A stretch of 45,650 nt of DNA from Rhodocyclaceae bacterium (GCA_030682595.1 JAUXNZ010000036.1:1-45650); one strand, 5' to 3'; shown: positions 18,759 to 31,414, counted from the first letter of the stretch. Numbers and translations: made by a program. The notes: a model not told the origin generated them from the letters alone.

Positions 18759-20272
18759 TGCGCCGTCTCGCCAGCGCCGACTTTTTTCGCCGCGCGCGCC
18801 AGCAGGAAATGAGTGAGTAGCGGCACGGGCCGTCCCGTCGAACCTTTCTCCTTGCCGGAACGCCAGGCGGTGCCGGCGATGTCGAGATGCGCCCAGTCGT
18901 ATTTCTTGGTGAAGCGCGACAGGAAGCAGGCGGCGGTGATCGTGCCGGCCGGCCGGCCGCCGATGTTGCCCATGTCGGCGAAATTGCTCTTCAACTGTTC
19001 CTGATAGTCGTCGAACAGCGGCAGTTGCCAGGCGCGATCCCAGCCGTCATGGCCGGCGTCAAGCAGTTCGCGCGCCAGAGCGTCGTCGTTGGCGAGCAGG
19101 CCGCTGACGACACCGCCGAGGGCGATCACGCAGGCGCCGGTAAGCGTGGCGACGTCGATGACGCAGTCGGGTTCGAAGCGCTCGACATAGGTCAGCGCAT
19201 CGCACAGAATCAGCCGGCCTTCGGCATCGGTGTTGAGGATTTCGATGGTCTGGCCGGACATCGAGGTGACGATGTCGCCGGGACGAATCGCGCCGCCGCC
19301 CGGCATGTTTTCGACGGTCGGCACGACGGCGATGATGTTGAGCGGCAGTTTCATCATGGCCGCTGCTTTGAGCGTCGCCAGCACGCTGGCGGCGCCCGAC
19401 ATGTCGAACTTCATCTCGTCCATTTCCGCGGCGGGTTTCAGCGAAATGCCGCCGGTATCGAAGGTGACGCCCTTGCCAACCAGCACGATGGGCTTGGCAC
19501 CTGGCTTGCCGCCCAGATGCTTGACGATGATGAATTGCGGCGGCTGGTGCGATCCCCTCGAGACCGCCAGCAACGAATGCATGCCCAGCTTTTCCATGGC
19601 GGCGCGATCGAGTACCTCGACCGCCAGCCCATGCTCACGGCCCAAAGTTCCGGCTTGTTCGGCCAGATAGGTGGGCGTGCAGATATTGCCGGGCAGATTG
19701 GCCAGGTCTTTCATGTAATTCATGCTGCTGGCGATGGCCTGGCCTTCGGATAGCGCCTGCTCGGCGGCGGCCAGCTCGGTGCGGCGTTCGACGCAGAAAG
19801 TCAGCTTGCGCAAGGGACGGCGCACATCGTCCTTTTTCGACTTCAATTGATCGAAGCGGTAAAGCGTTTCTTCGGCCACCAGCACGGCCTGGCGGACGCG
19901 CCAGGCGACGCCGCGTTTTTTTACCGGTAGTTCGGTGAGATAAACCGTGCCGTCGAAGCCGCCGGTTTCGTTCAGCGTGCGCACCGCCGTGGCGATGGCG
20001 GCGCGGTATTCCTTTTCGCGGAATTCGCGTTCTTTGCCGAGGCCGACGAGCAGGACGCGGTCCGCTTCCGTTCCCGGCACCTTGTGCAGCAGCAGGGTAT
20101 TGCCGGCCTTGCCTTCCATGTCGCCGCGGCGCAGCAGTTCCGCCAGATAGCCGCGCGCGGCATTGTCGAGCAGTTCCGCCGGCAGGGACAGCTTGCGCGA
20201 TTCGAAGACGCCGACGACGACACAGGCGGTACGCTGCTTTTCCGGGCTACCGCTCTTTATGCTAAATTCCAC
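18755..20272 (-). CDS. pepA: Leucyl aminopeptidase (M17), GTG start
   Basis: [45 protein letters not shown]; GAGGG RBS before GTG 20272. Confidence 0.97.
   Translation of the reverse strand: MEFSIKSGSPEKQRTACVVVGVFESRKLSLPAELLDNAARGYLAELLRRGDMEGKAGNTLLLHKVPGTEADRVLLVGLGKEREFREKEYRAAIATAVRTLNETGGFDGTVYLTELPVKKRGVAWRVRQAVLVAEETLYRFDQLKSKKDDVRRPLRKLTFCVERRTELAAAEQALSEGQAIASSMNYMKDLANLPGNICTPTYLAEQAGTLGREHGLAVEVLDRAAMEKLGMHSLLAVSRGSHQPPQFIIVKHLGGKPGAKPIVLVGKGVTFDTGGISLKPAAEMDEMKFDMSGAASVLATLKAAAMMKLPLNIIAVVPTVENMPGGGAIRPGDIVTSMSGQTIEILNTDAEGRLILCDALTYVERFEPDCVIDVATLTGACVIALGGVVSGLLANDDALARELLDAGHDGWDRAWQLPLFDDYQEQLKSNFADMGNIGGRPAGTITAACFLSRFTKKYDWAHLDIAGTAWRSGKEKGSTGRPVPLLTHFLLARAAKKVGAGETAQ
18761..18785 (-). 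repeat. 25-bp dispersed motif, perfect copy (last codons of pep[10 protein letters not shown]-stop)
   Basis: Plus strand cgccgtctcgccagcgccgactttt. Confidence 0.95.
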
Positions 20273-20373
20273 CGCGTTCCCCTCAAGATTTTGGAAAATG
20301 TGAAGTTTAAGCAAATTTCACGACATTTCCGCAACTTTCCATTGAATTCCAGCATTTTCCGGCAGCCCAGACA

Positions 20374-21462
20374 ATGATCTTCCAGCGCGCCGCCCAGCGC
20401 GAATTTGCCCAGACAGCCGCCACGGTATTTGTCGCCCTGTTCGCGATCATGCTGACGACCCAGTTGATTCGCCTGCTGGGTCAGGCCGCCGGGGGGCGCA
20501 TCGCTTCAGAAGCGGTGGTTGCCATGCTCGGTTTCACCGCGCTCAACTATCTGCCGGTCCTGTTGTCGCTGACTCTGTTCATCGCGATTTTGCTGTCCTT
20601 GTCGCGCGTTTATCTCGATTCGGAGATGGCGATCTGGTTCTCCGCCGGCGTGCCGCTCACGGCCTGGATGCGTCCGGTGTTGCGGTTTGCCCTGCCGCTG
20701 GTCCTCGTGATCGCCGTGCTGGCCCTGTTCCTTTCGCCGTGGGCGATTTCCCAGCGTGCCGACTATCAGGACCGCATGGACCGCCGCGACGATGTGGCGC
20801 GCGTCAGCCCCGGCGCCTTCAAGGAGTCGGCGCGCGGCGACCGGGTGTTTTTTGTCGAGTCGGTGACGGACAGAGACACCCGGGAAGATCACGTCAAGAA
20901 CATCTTCATCCATTCGCTGCAGCATGGCCGGCTGGGCGTCATGGCGGCCGCGCAAGGCCATACCGAGGTGGCCGCCAACGGCGACAAATTCATCGTGTTG
21001 ACCGATGGGCGGCGTTACGAGGGCGCGGCCGGGACTGCCGAATATCGGGTGATGGCGTTCGAAAGTTATGCCATGCGTATTGAAGCTCAGGAAAACCGCG
21101 GTATCGACAAATCAACCAAAAGCATGCCGATTCTGGAGCTGTTGCGCGATCGCAATCCGGCCAGCCAGGGCGAGTTGCTGTGGCGGATCGGCGTGCCACT
21201 GTCCGCCCTGACGCTGGCGCTCTTGGCGATTCCGCTCTCATTCGTCAATCCGCGCGCCGGACGCACCAATAATCTGCTGTTCGCATTGCTGACCTTCATG
21301 ATTTACAACAACCTGCTGTCGCTAAGCCAGGCCTGGGTGGCGCAGGGACGCCTGCCCTTCGAGGTCGGCGTCTGGGCGGTGCATGTGCTGATGTTTCTTG
21401 CCCTGGTGCTGCTGTTCTGGAAGCGACTGGCGGTTTTTTCAGTGTGGCGGCTATGGCGTTGA
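20374..21462 (+). CDS. lptF: LPS export ABC transporter permease LptF
   Basis: YjgP/Q-family topology, DSEMAIW, VNPRAGR; divergent from pepA. Confidence 0.93.
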   Translation: MIFQRAAQREFAQTAATVFVALFAIMLTTQLIRLLGQAAGGRIASEAVVAMLGFTALNYLPVLLSLTLFIAILLSLSRVYLDSEMAIWFSAGVPLTAWMRPVLRFALPLVLVIAVLALFLSPWAISQRADYQDRMDRRDDVARVSPGAFKESARGDRVFFVESVTDRDTREDHVKNIFIHSLQHGRLGVMAAAQGHTEVAANGDKFIVLTDGRRYEGAAGTAEYRVMAFESYAMRIEAQENRGIDKSTKSMPILELLRDRNPASQGELLWRIGVPLSALTLALLAIPLSFVNPRAGRTNNLLFALLTFMIYNNLLSLSQAWVAQGRLPFEVGVWAVHVLMFLALVLLFWKRLAVFSVWRLWR

Positions 21463-22544
21463 TGGTGTATGAGCGCCATCTGGCGCGGGAAATTTATGGC
21501 GCAACCCTGCTCGTGCTGGCGGCGTTTCTGTCCCTGTTCGCCTTTTTCGATTTGCTTCATGAAATGGCCGAGATCGGCAAGGACAACTATCAGTTGCAGC
21601 ATGCCGTCGCCTATGTCGCCCTGACCCTGCCGGGTCGGGCCTATGAAATCTTTCCGATTGCCGTGCTGATCGGTTCGCTGTATGCCCTGACCCTGCTGGC
21701 GCGGCATTCCGAAATCACGGTGCTGCGCGCTGCCGGCCTGTCAACCGCCAACCTGCTGACGACGCTGGCGAAAATCGGTGTCGTTTTCGTTGTCGTGACG
21801 TTCATTCTCGGCGAGTTCGTCGCGCCGCCGGCCGAGCGGGCGGCGCAGCAGCTGCGGCTGACGGCGATGAGCAAACTGGTGGGGCAGGAATTCCGCTCCG
21901 GGTTGTGGGTAAAGGACGGTCTGTCGTTCATCAATGTGCGCGAGGTGCTGCCGGATGCGAGTCTGCGCCAGATCCGCGTGTATGGTTTTGATGAAATGTA
22001 TCGTCTGCGCTCGATCAGCGAAGCAGCGGAAGGCCGATTTCTCCCGCCCGGCCACTGGCGCCTGACCCGCGTGGTCAAAACCGAATTCGACGCCACGCCC
22101 GGCCAGGAAAGCGCGCGGGTGACGCGCCAGGATGAACTGGTGTGGCAATCGGCGCTCAGTCCGGACATTCTGGCGGTGTTGCTGGTGGTTCCCGAACGCA
22201 TGTCCCTGGTTAACCTTTACCAATACATCCGGCATTTAAGCGACAACCAGCAGAAAACCGAGCGTTACGAAATCGCGCTGTGGAAAAAACTGATTTATCC
22301 GCTGGCGGCCCTGGTGATGATGGCGTTGGCGCTGCCTTTCGCCTATGCCCACAGCCGCCAGGGGGCGGTGAGCGTCAAGGTGTTCGCCGGGGTAATGCTG
22401 GGCATCCTGTTTCACATGCTGAATGGACTGTTTTCGCATCTCGGGGTGATCAACAACTGGCAGCCGTTGATGGCCGCCATGACGCCCAGCGTCATTTTTC
22501 TGCTGGCGGCGGCGACGATGCTGTGGTGGGTCGAGCGACGTTGA
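21462..22544 (+). CDS. lptG: LPS export ABC transporter permease LptG
   Basis: TGATG overlap with lptF; HSEITVLRAAG, SGLWVKDG, YEIALWKK. Confidence 0.93.
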   Translation: MVYERHLAREIYGATLLVLAAFLSLFAFFDLLHEMAEIGKDNYQLQHAVAYVALTLPGRAYEIFPIAVLIGSLYALTLLARHSEITVLRAAGLSTANLLTTLAKIGVVFVVVTFILGEFVAPPAERAAQQLRLTAMSKLVGQEFRSGLWVKDGLSFINVREVLPDASLRQIRVYGFDEMYRLRSISEAAEGRFLPPGHWRLTRVVKTEFDATPGQESARVTRQDELVWQSALSPDILAVLLVVPERMSLVNLYQYIRHLSDNQQKTERYEIALWKKLIYPLAALVMMALALPFAYAHSRQGAVSVKVFAGVMLGILFHMLNGLFSHLGVINNWQPLMAAMTPSVIFLLAAATMLWWVERR

Positions 22545-22965
22545 CGATTCGAGTACCGGCCAGTCGGTCGTGCAGGAATTGCCGGTCGCGGTCGAACAAC
22601 GCCCAGAGCAGGCCGATGCCCGATAGCACCGAGGGCCAGGCCAACAGGTAGCGCAGCAGCGCGCGCCGGATTGACGGCGGCTGGCCGCCATCTCCACCAG
22701 AGGTTGCCACGATCTGCATCCGCCACGTTTTCATTGCCAGTGTTTGGCCGCTGCGGTGCCATTGATAAACAAAATAGAGTCCGGCAGCGGCGGCAACATT
22801 TAGCCAAATTGTCCACCCGGGCAGGGCGGCTTGCCAGATAACGCCGATGAGCAGGTGCGGTATCAGAACCAGCGCCGAAATGACTCCCAGCAACAGCAAT
22901 GATTCATAGAACATGCCGGCGAGCCGTCGGCCGAGGCTAGCCGGGGGCTGGGTTGCTGCGGACAA
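22492..22965 (-). CDS. RDD family membrane protein
   Basis: RRLAGMFYE, GQTLAMKTWR, QFLHDRLAGT. Confidence 0.9.
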   Translation of the reverse strand: MSAATQPPASLGRRLAGMFYESLLLLGVISALVLIPHLLIGVIWQAALPGWTIWLNVAAAAGLYFVYQWHRSGQTLAMKTWRMQIVATSGGDGGQPPSIRRALLRYLLAWPSVLSGIGLLWALFDRDRQFLHDRLAGTRIVNVARPTTASSPPPAEK

Positions 22966-22971
22966 GATCGG

Positions 22972-23652
22972 TTATTCCTCGGCGCAGGGCAGACTGGCCG
23001 ACGTGCTGGCCGCCGCATCCGGAGGCGCTTGCGAGGCAGTTGTTTGCGGCACCACCAGGGGACTACGCGGTGACTTGAGCGGCGACAGCGGCGAGCGGCT
23101 TGGGCTCGCCGCGGGGGCGGTGGGCAGTGCTGCCTGACTCGTGGTGCGAGTAGTCGTCGCAGGACTTGCAACGAAACCCGCAACCGCAGGCTGGGTGGGT
23201 GTTTTGGGTGGCGGGCGCTGGGCTGCTTCCTTTTTCAGGCGATCCCTTTTTTCTTGTGAAAGGGTGCTGTATTCATCCCACTTTTGCTTGACTGCCAGGC
23301 GCTCTTCGACCGGGTATTGTTGCAGGGCCTTGAACTTTTCGCGGGCAGCTTTGCGTTCGGCGGGGGCGAGCCGCGCCCACTCTTTCATGTTGCGCTGTAC
23401 GCTGGCCTGCTCTTCCGGGGACATGCCGGGATAACGCTGGGCAATGCCCAGCCATTTCTTGCGCCGGAAGGATTCCATGGCTTCCCATTCGGCCGCCAGC
23501 GGTGCCAAAATGGTTTTTTGTTCTGTCGAGAGCACCGACCAGTTGGGTTGATCAAGTGGCGTTACGACTACCTTGGCCTGCCATTGCCAGATAAGTCCGG
23601 CGCAAAGCAAGCAGAAGGCTATTCCCCAGCCGGCGAGTACTTTTCCAGCCAT
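22972..23652 (-). CDS. DUF3106-like membrane-anchored protein
   Basis: N-terminal TM, repeated W..L(S/T)..Q/E helical units, Pro/Ser-rich tail; usual position in the ECF-DUF3619-DUF3106-RDD cluster. Confidence 0.8.
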   Translation of the reverse strand: MAGKVLAGWGIAFCLLCAGLIWQWQAKVVVTPLDQPNWSVLSTEQKTILAPLAAEWEAMESFRRKKWLGIAQRYPGMSPEEQASVQRNMKEWARLAPAERKAAREKFKALQQYPVEERLAVKQKWDEYSTLSQEKRDRLKKEAAQRPPPKTPTQPAVAGFVASPATTTRTTSQAALPTAPAASPSRSPLSPLKSPRSPLVVPQTTASQAPPDAAASTSASLPCAEE

Positions 23653-24050
23653 GCCTGAAAGCCCCGGTCCAGATACGCGCTGGGCGGCAGTTCGCCGGCC
23701 AGCAAAGCGCTGTCAATTTCTTCATTTACGCTTGCCTGCGCAAATCCGTTCCAGTAGTAGGCCAGGCTAACGCCCAGAAGCAACGCCAGGATGGGCAGCA
23801 GAGTACGCAAGGTGCGTCCGCCACCGCCAAGCCAGCCGGACTTCAGTGCCGCCGCTCCGGCGCCAGTCGCGCCGTTGCTCCCGACGATCGAGAAATCCCG
23901 AGCCGGAACGAGTTGCCGTTGCAGTGCGCGCTCACGCGCGGCGCGCAGCCGCTCGGCAACCACCGGCTCGATGGAGCGGGTTCCCAAGTCAAGGACACGG
24001 CAAATATGCCTGGCGAACTGTTGTTCCGTGTGAGTGGTGGCTGAGTTCAT
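23619..24050 (-). CDS. DUF3619-like putative anti-sigma factor
   Basis: ERLRAARERAL, single TM, IDSALLAGELPPSAYLDRGFQAWL. Confidence 0.82.
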   Translation of the reverse strand: MNSATTHTEQQFARHICRVLDLGTRSIEPVVAERLRAARERALQRQLVPARDFSIVGSNGATGAGAAALKSGWLGGGGRTLRTLLPILALLLGVSLAYYWNGFAQASVNEEIDSALLAGELPPSAYLDRGFQAWLEKYSPAGE

Positions 24051-24061
24051 GGTTAATCTCC

Positions 24062-24625
24062 TTACGGCCTGACATCTTTCGCTTTGAGCGCGCTCGCCAG
24101 GGCGTTGGTAGCTCGCGAACAGTGGGTTTTGACGCTGCCTTCAGTGCAACCCATGGCCAGGGCTGTTTCTGCTATATCTAATCCTTCCCAGTAACGCAGC
24201 AGGAAGGCTTCACGTTGACGCGGTGGCAAATTTTGGAGCGCTGTTTCGATCAGGTTCAGGGTCTCGGCTTGCAGCAGGGCCGCATGCGGGGTGGCAAATG
24301 GGTTGAGTTCCTCATCAATTTCAAGGGTTTCCAGCGGGTCGGCTAATTCGTCGTCGAGCGGCTCAAACGAGGAAAGCTGCACCACATGTCCCGCCCGGGT
24401 GCGCGAGCGACGATACGAATCACGGATGGCATTTTGCAGGATACGCTGAAACAGCGGTGGAAATTCTTCCGCCGGCCGATCACTGTATTTTTCCGCGAGA
24501 CGCATCATGCTGTCCTGCACGATATCGAGCGCTGTTTCCTCGTCGCGCACGGCGAATACGGCCTGCTTGAAGGCGCGTCGCTCGACACTGGCGAGAAAAT
24601 CGGAAAGCTCGATACGTGAAGCCAA
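24062..24625 (-). CDS. ECF RNA polymerase sigma factor
   Basis: ALDIVQDSM (region 2), LPPRQREAFLLRYWEGL...MGCTEGSVKTHCSRA (region 4). Confidence 0.93.
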   Translation of the reverse strand: MASRIELSDFLASVERRAFKQAVFAVRDEETALDIVQDSMMRLAEKYSDRPAEEFPPLFQRILQNAIRDSYRRSRTRAGHVVQLSSFEPLDDELADPLETLEIDEELNPFATPHAALLQAETLNLIETALQNLPPRQREAFLLRYWEGLDIAETALAMGCTEGSVKTHCSRATNALASALKAKDVRP

Positions 24626-24789
24626 AGCGTGTTTTCAGTCGTCTGGATGGGGGTTGGCCCATCGCGGTGGCGTGTGTCAAGCCGGTTGAATCCAACCGGA
24701 AGCTAATCGGAAGCCTTGACCGTTCATTGTTCTGTCAAGTATTGTTGCGTGTTTCGGGCTTGGGCCCGCTTATTAATGGACACACAACA

Positions 24790-26511
24790 ATGCAATTGAC
24801 GGGCGCTGAGATTGTAATCAGGTGTCTCCAGGAAGAAAAGGTCGAACATGTGTTCGGCTATCCTGGCGGCTCGGTTTTGTTTATTTACGACGAATTGTTC
24901 AAGCAGGACCAGATCAAGCACATTCTGGTCAGGCATGAGCAGGCGGCGGTGCACGCGGCGGATGCCTATTCGCGTTCCTCCAGCAAGATCGGCGTCTGCC
25001 TGGTTACTTCCGGCCCGGGTGTGACGAACGCCGTGACGGGGATTGCCACGGCCTACATGGATTCGATCCCGCTGGTGGTTATTACGGGCCAGGTGCCGAC
25101 CGCCTACATCGGCCAGGATGCATTCCAGGAAGCCGACACGGTCGGCATCACCCGCCCCTGCGTCAAGCATAATTTTCTCGTCAAGGACGTCGCGGATCTG
25201 GCGGTGACGATCAAGAAGGCTTTTTATCTGGCCCAGACCGGCCGTCCCGGCCCGGTGCTGGTGGACATCCCCAAGGATGTCTCCGCCAAGAAATGCGAAT
25301 TCCACTATCCGAAAACCATTGCAATGCGTTCCTACAACCCGGTGGTCAAGGGGCATACGGGACAGATCAAGAAGGCTCTGCAACTTTTGCTGGACGCCAA
25401 GCGGCCGATGATTTACGCCGGTGGCGGCGTGATTTTGTCCGACGCGGCCAACAAGCTGACCAAGCTGACGCGACTGCTGGGTTTCCCGATTACCCAGACC
25501 CTGATGGGCCTGGGCGGCTATCCGGCGACCGATCGCCAGTTTCTCGGCATGCTGGGCATGCACGGCACCTACGAGGCCAACATGGCGATGCAGGAGTGCG
25601 ACGTGCTCCTGGCCATCGGCGCGCGTTTCGATGACCGCGTCATTGGCAACCCGGATCACTTTGCCAAGGTGTCCCGCAAGATCATCCATGTCGATATCGA
25701 TCCGTCCTCGATTTCGAAGCGCGTGCGCGTCGATGTGCCGATCGTCGGCAACGTGCCGGACGTGCTCGATGAACTGATCAAGCAGATTGAAGCAGGCGAA
25801 GCCAAATCCGAAGCCATGGTGGCAACCAAGGCGCTGGCCGCCTGGTGGAAACAGATCGAGGCGTGGCGCGGCAAGGATTCGCTCAAGTACAAGATGGGTT
25901 CCGATCTCATCATGCCGCAGTATGTCGTCGAAAAGCTCTACGAAGTGACCGGCGGCGATGCCTTCGTCACCTCGGATGTCGGCCAGCATCAGATGTGGGC
26001 CGCGCAGTATTACAAATTCGACAAACCGCGCCGCTGGATCAACTCCGGTGGCCTCGGCACGATGGGCTTCGGTCTGCCGGCCGCGATGGGCGTGCGCTTT
26101 GCCAATCCGAAAGCCACGGTAGCCTGCATTACCGGCGAGGGCTCGATCCAGATGAACATCCAGGAACTCTCGACCTGCAAGCAGTTCCACCTGCCGGTCA
26201 AGATACTCTGTCTCAACAACGGCTATCTCGGCATGGTGCGTCAGTGGCAGCAGATGTTCCACGGCAACCGCTATGCCGAATCGTATGTCGATGCCTTGCC
26301 GGATTTCGTCAAGCTGGCCGAGGCTTACGGCCATGTCGGCATGTATATCGACAAGCCAGCCGATGTCGAGCCGGCAATCCGCGAAGCCTTTGTCAAACAC
26401 AAGAACGAGCTGGTTTTCCTCGACTTCCAGACTGACAAGACCGCCAACGTCTTTCCCATGATCGCGGCCGGCAAGGGCCTGTCGGAAATGATCCTGGCGG
26501 AGGAGCTGTAA
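24790..26511 (+). CDS. ilvI: Acetolactate synthase large subunit
   Basis: FGYPGG, RHEQ, TSGPG, GMHG, DVGQHQMW, SGGLGTMG, TPP motif GEGS...NN; start ATG 24790 (MQLTGAEI). Confidence 0.96.
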   Translation: MQLTGAEIVIRCLQEEKVEHVFGYPGGSVLFIYDELFKQDQIKHILVRHEQAAVHAADAYSRSSSKIGVCLVTSGPGVTNAVTGIATAYMDSIPLVVITGQVPTAYIGQDAFQEADTVGITRPCVKHNFLVKDVADLAVTIKKAFYLAQTGRPGPVLVDIPKDVSAKKCEFHYPKTIAMRSYNPVVKGHTGQIKKALQLLLDAKRPMIYAGGGVILSDAANKLTKLTRLLGFPITQTLMGLGGYPATDRQFLGMLGMHGTYEANMAMQECDVLLAIGARFDDRVIGNPDHFAKVSRKIIHVDIDPSSISKRVRVDVPIVGNVPDVLDELIKQIEAGEAKSEAMVATKALAAWWKQIEAWRGKDSLKYKMGSDLIMPQYVVEKLYEVTGGDAFVTSDVGQHQMWAAQYYKFDKPRRWINSGGLGTMGFGLPAAMGVRFANPKATVACITGEGSIQMNIQELSTCKQFHLPVKILCLNNGYLGMVRQWQQMFHGNRYAESYVDALPDFVKLAEAYGHVGMYIDKPADVEPAIREAFVKHKNELVFLDFQTDKTANVFPMIAAGKGLSEMILAEEL

Positions 26512-26513
26512 TC

Positions 26514-28093
<1,580 letters not shown>

Positions 28094-28094
28094 T

Positions 28095-28739
28095 TTGAGC
28101 CACTATCCCCACCCCATCATCGCCCGGGAGGGCTGGCCCTTCCTGGGGGGTTCGGTTCTGTTCGCGCTGCTGGCGACTTTTTTCCTCGGCGTGGCATGGT
28201 CGATTCCGTTCTGGATCGTTGCGCTGTTCGTCCTGCAGTTCTTCCGCGATCCGCCCCGCGCCGTGCCCGGCGATGCCAAGAGCATCCTGGCGCCCGCCGA
28301 TGGCCGCATCGTGGTCATCGAGCCGGCGCTTGACCCCTGGCTACAGCGCGAAACGCTGAAGATCAGCGTGTTCATGAATGTGTTCAACGTCCATTCGAAT
28401 CGCTCGCCCGTCGACTGCACCGTGGTGCAACGCTGGTATCACCCCGGCAAGTTCATCAATGCCGACCTCGACAAGGCGTCGACGGAGAATGAGCGCAACG
28501 CCTTGCATTTGCGCACGGCCGACGGCCAGGACATTACCTGCGTGCAGGTCGCCGGCTTGATCGCCCGCCGCATCCTCTGCTATGTCGCTGCCGGCGCCAA
28601 GCTGGAACGTGGCCAGCGCTACGGTTTCATCCGCTTCGGTTCGCGCGTCGATCTGTATCTGCCCAAGGACGTGCGGGTAAAAGTCGGCGTTGGCGATACG
28701 GTGCAGGCGACTTCGACCATCCTGGCCGAGTTCCCGTAA
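28095..28739 (+). CDS. psd: Phosphatidylserine decarboxylase proenzyme (TTG start)
   Basis: [31 protein letters not shown] cleavage motif. Confidence 0.95.
   Translation: MSHYPHPIIAREGWPFLGGSVLFALLATFFLGVAWSIPFWIVALFVLQFFRDPPRAVPGDAKSILAPADGRIVVIEPALDPWLQRETLKISVFMNVFNVHSNRSPVDCTVVQRWYHPGKFINADLDKASTENERNALHLRTADGQDITCVQVAGLIARRILCYVAAGAKLERGQRYGFIRFGSRVDLYLPKDVRVKVGVGDTVQATSTILAEFP
28679..28703 (+). repeat. 25-bp dispersed motif (psd, 22/25, encodes KVGVGDTV)
   Basis: aaaagtcggcgttggcgatacggtg. Confidence 0.8.
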
Positions 28740-28798
28740 AGGTTCTGTAATCAGGCAGGGGGGCTACAATGGCCCTTTTGCCTTGGTCGCTATCCGCC

Positions 28799-29566
28799 AT
28801 GCCTGAATATCGTCCCCGCAAGACCCTGTTCAATTCCGAGTTGCGCCGGCGCGGCATCTACATACTGCCCAACCTGCTCACCACGGCGGGGTTGTTCTCG
28901 GGCTTTTTTGCCATTGTGCAGGCGATGAACGGCAAGTTTGAAATTGCCGCGGTGGCGATTTTCGTTGCCATGCTGTTTGACGGCCTGGACGGGCGCGTGG
29001 CCCGGTTGACGCACACGCAAAGTGCTTTCGGCGCGGAATACGACTCGCTCTCCGACATGGTGTCATTCGGCGCGGCCCCGGCGCTGGTGGTTTATGTCTG
29101 GGCGCTCAAGGACATGGGCAAGCTGGGCTGGATCGCCGCGTTCATCTATTGCGCGTGCGCGGCATTGCGCCTGGCGCGCTTCAACACCAACATCGAAGTC
29201 GTCGATAAACGCAATTTTCAGGGCCTGCCGAGTCCGGCGGCGGCGGCGCTGGTTGCCGGTTTTGTCTGGGTCATGATCGACAACGACTGGACTGGACATG
29301 AGGCGCGCTGGTATGCCTGCGCGCTGACGTTTTTTGCCGGCATCACCATGGTTACCAGTCTGCCTTTCTATTCCGGCAAGGACATCAATCTGAGGAAGAG
29401 TGTGCCGTTCATCGTGGTGGCGGCGATTGCGCTGGGTTTCGCGCTGGTGTCGACCTATCCGCCGGGCGTGCTGTTCACCCTGTTCCTTGGTTACGCACTG
29501 TCCGGCTATGTGATTGCCTTGGTCAATTGGGTCAATAGACGGAATAAACTTGCGCGACCCGAATAG
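28799..29566 (+). CDS. pssA: CDP-diacylglycerol--serine O-phosphatidyltransferase
   Basis: LPNLLT, DGLDGRVAR...G..YDSLSD CDP-alcohol motif, RLARFN, FQGLPSP. Confidence 0.95.
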   Translation: MPEYRPRKTLFNSELRRRGIYILPNLLTTAGLFSGFFAIVQAMNGKFEIAAVAIFVAMLFDGLDGRVARLTHTQSAFGAEYDSLSDMVSFGAAPALVVYVWALKDMGKLGWIAAFIYCACAALRLARFNTNIEVVDKRNFQGLPSPAAAALVAGFVWVMIDNDWTGHEARWYACALTFFAGITMVTSLPFYSGKDINLRKSVPFIVVAAIALGFALVSTYPPGVLFTLFLGYALSGYVIALVNWVNRRNKLARPE

Positions 29567-29607
29567 GTCGTTGATGATGGGTTGACCCGAAGGATGAGTG
29601 ACTGGAG

Positions 29608-31152
29608 ATGGCCATGAGCAAAGAAACTTTATTGATTTTTGACACCACCTTGCGCGATGGCGAGCAAAGCCCTGGCGCGGCCATGACGCGCGAAGAGAAG
29701 GTGCGCATCGCCCGCCAACTGGAGCGCATGCGGGTGGATATCATCGAGGCCGGTTTTGCCGCCGCGAGTCCGGGCGACTTCGCCGCGATCCGCGCGGTCG
29801 CCGAGGCGATCAAGGACTCCACGGTCTGTTCGCTGTCACGCGCCAACGAAAACGATATTCGTCGCGCCGGCGAGGCCATCCAGCCGGCCGCGCGCGGCCG
29901 CGTGCATACCTTCATCGCCACCAGCCCGATCCACATGCAGATGAAGTTGCGCATGGAGCCCGAGCAGGTGATCGAGCAGGCGGTCAAGGCGGTTACCTGG
30001 GCGCGGCAATATACCGATGACGTCGAGTTCTCGCCGGAGGATGCCGGTCGCTCGGACAGTGATTTTCTGTGCCGCGTGCTTGAAGCCGTGATCAACGCCG
30101 GCGCCAAGACGGTGAACATCGCCGATACCGTCGGTTACAACCTTCCGCAGGTCTGGGGCGAGCTGTTCAAGACCCTGCGCGAGCGCGTGCCGAATGCCGA
30201 CAAGGCGGTGTGGTCGACCCACTGCCATAACGACCTCGGGCTGGCGGTCGCCAACTCGCTGGCCGCCGTGCAAAATGGCGCGCGGCAGGTCGAGTGCACG
30301 ATCAATGGCTTGGGCGAACGTGCCGGTAACGCCTCGCTCGAAGAAATCGTCATGGCGGTAAGAACGCGCAAGGACTTGTTTGCGGTCGAAACGCGCATCG
30401 ATGCCACCCAGATCGTGCCCGCCTCGCGGCTGGTGTCGCAGATCACCGGTTATGTCGTGCAGCCGAACAAGGCGATCGTCGGCGCCAATGCGTTTGCCCA
30501 TGAATCCGGCATTCACCAGGACGGCGTGTTGAAGCATCGCGAGACATACGAAATCATGCGCGCCGAGGATGTCGGCTGGAATGCCAATAAAATCTCCTTG
30601 GGCAAGCTCTCCGGCCGGAACGCTTTCAGGAGCAAACTGGCCGAGCTCGGGATCGAACTGGCGAGCGAGGAAGTCCTCAACACCGCGTTTGCCCGGTTCA
30701 AGGAACTCGCCGACAAGAAGCGCGAAATTTTCGACGACGACCTGCAAGCGCTGGTTTCGGAGGGGATGATCACGCCGGAGAGCGAGTTTTACAAGCTGGT
30801 CTCATCGAAGTTCCATTCGGAAACGGGCGAGCTGCCGCGCGCCGAATTGACCCTGTCCCTCGGCGGCACCGAACAGCGTACCGAGTCGACCGGGAGCGGG
30901 CCGGTGGATGCGACTTTCCGCGCGCTCGAAAACGTTGCCGGCAGCGGTTCCGACCTGTTGCTTTATTCGGTGAATGCCATCACCACCGGCACCGATGCCC
31001 AGGGCGAGGTGACCGTGCGTCTGTCCAAGGACGGCCGCATCGTGAATGGCCAGGGTGCGGATACCGACATCATCGTGGCCTCTGCCAAGGCGTATATCAA
31101 CGCCCTGAACAAGCTGCATGCCGGGCCGGAGCGCGTCAATCCCCAGCTCTGA
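29608..31152 (+). CDS. leuA: 2-isopropylmalate synthase
   Basis: [32 protein letters not shown], regulatory GPVDA domain. Confidence 0.97.
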   Translation: MAMSKETLLIFDTTLRDGEQSPGAAMTREEKVRIARQLERMRVDIIEAGFAAASPGDFAAIRAVAEAIKDSTVCSLSRANENDIRRAGEAIQPAARGRVHTFIATSPIHMQMKLRMEPEQVIEQAVKAVTWARQYTDDVEFSPEDAGRSDSDFLCRVLEAVINAGAKTVNIADTVGYNLPQVWGELFKTLRERVPNADKAVWSTHCHNDLGLAVANSLAAVQNGARQVECTINGLGERAGNASLEEIVMAVRTRKDLFAVETRIDATQIVPASRLVSQITGYVVQPNKAIVGANAFAHESGIHQDGVLKHRETYEIMRAEDVGWNANKISLGKLSGRNAFRSKLAELGIELASEEVLNTAFARFKELADKKREIFDDDLQALVSEGMITPESEFYKLVSSKFHSETGELPRAELTLSLGGTEQRTESTGSGPVDATFRALENVAGSGSDLLLYSVNAITTGTDAQGEVTVRLSKDGRIVNGQGADTDIIVASAKAYINALNKLHAGPERVNPQL

Positions 31153-31162
31153 TTGAACTCCG

Positions 31163-31373
31163 CCCGCCCCCCTTCACCCCCTTCGCGGGGGGTTCTTAAC
31201 GGCTCGCTTTGCTCGGTTATGACTGGGCGCTTCTATTGGCCGCGGAGTGGATTGTGTGCGATAAAGCCGCATCTCGCTTCGCGAGACCAGTCTTCGACTG
31301 TCCTGCGGCCTGCGGCCTGGTGGCTGGTGCCGCGTGCCGCGTTTGCTTGGGACGGCCCGGCGCAAACGCTACG
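31163..31373 (+). repeat. Conserved-loop palindromic element, long form
   Basis: Both ends nearly identical to the reverse complement of 36870-37015 (ccccttcgcggggggttcttaacggctcgctttgctcg ... gccgcgtgccgcgtttgc-TTGGGACGGCCCGGC-gcaaacgct); longer middle with a tctcgc-ttc-gcgaga hairpin. Confidence 0.9.
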
Positions 31374-31389
31374 ATGTTGTTTTTCTCGG

Positions 31390-31414
31390 TAAAGTCGGCG
31401 CTGGCGGGGCGGCG
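31390..31414 (+). repeat. 25-bp dispersed motif (23/25), just upstream of the yihY start codon
   Basis: taaagtcggcgctggcggggcggcg. Confidence 0.9.

Noticed and set aside
22492-24625. ECF sigma-DUF3619-DUF3106-RDD cluster as a novel system
   Set aside because: A conserved betaproteobacterial arrangement next to ilv and lptFG; the convergent overlap with lptG is a short tail extension.
24626-24789. Attenuator leader peptide for the ilv operon
   Set aside because: No short Ile/Leu/Val-rich ORF with a terminator hairpin was seen.
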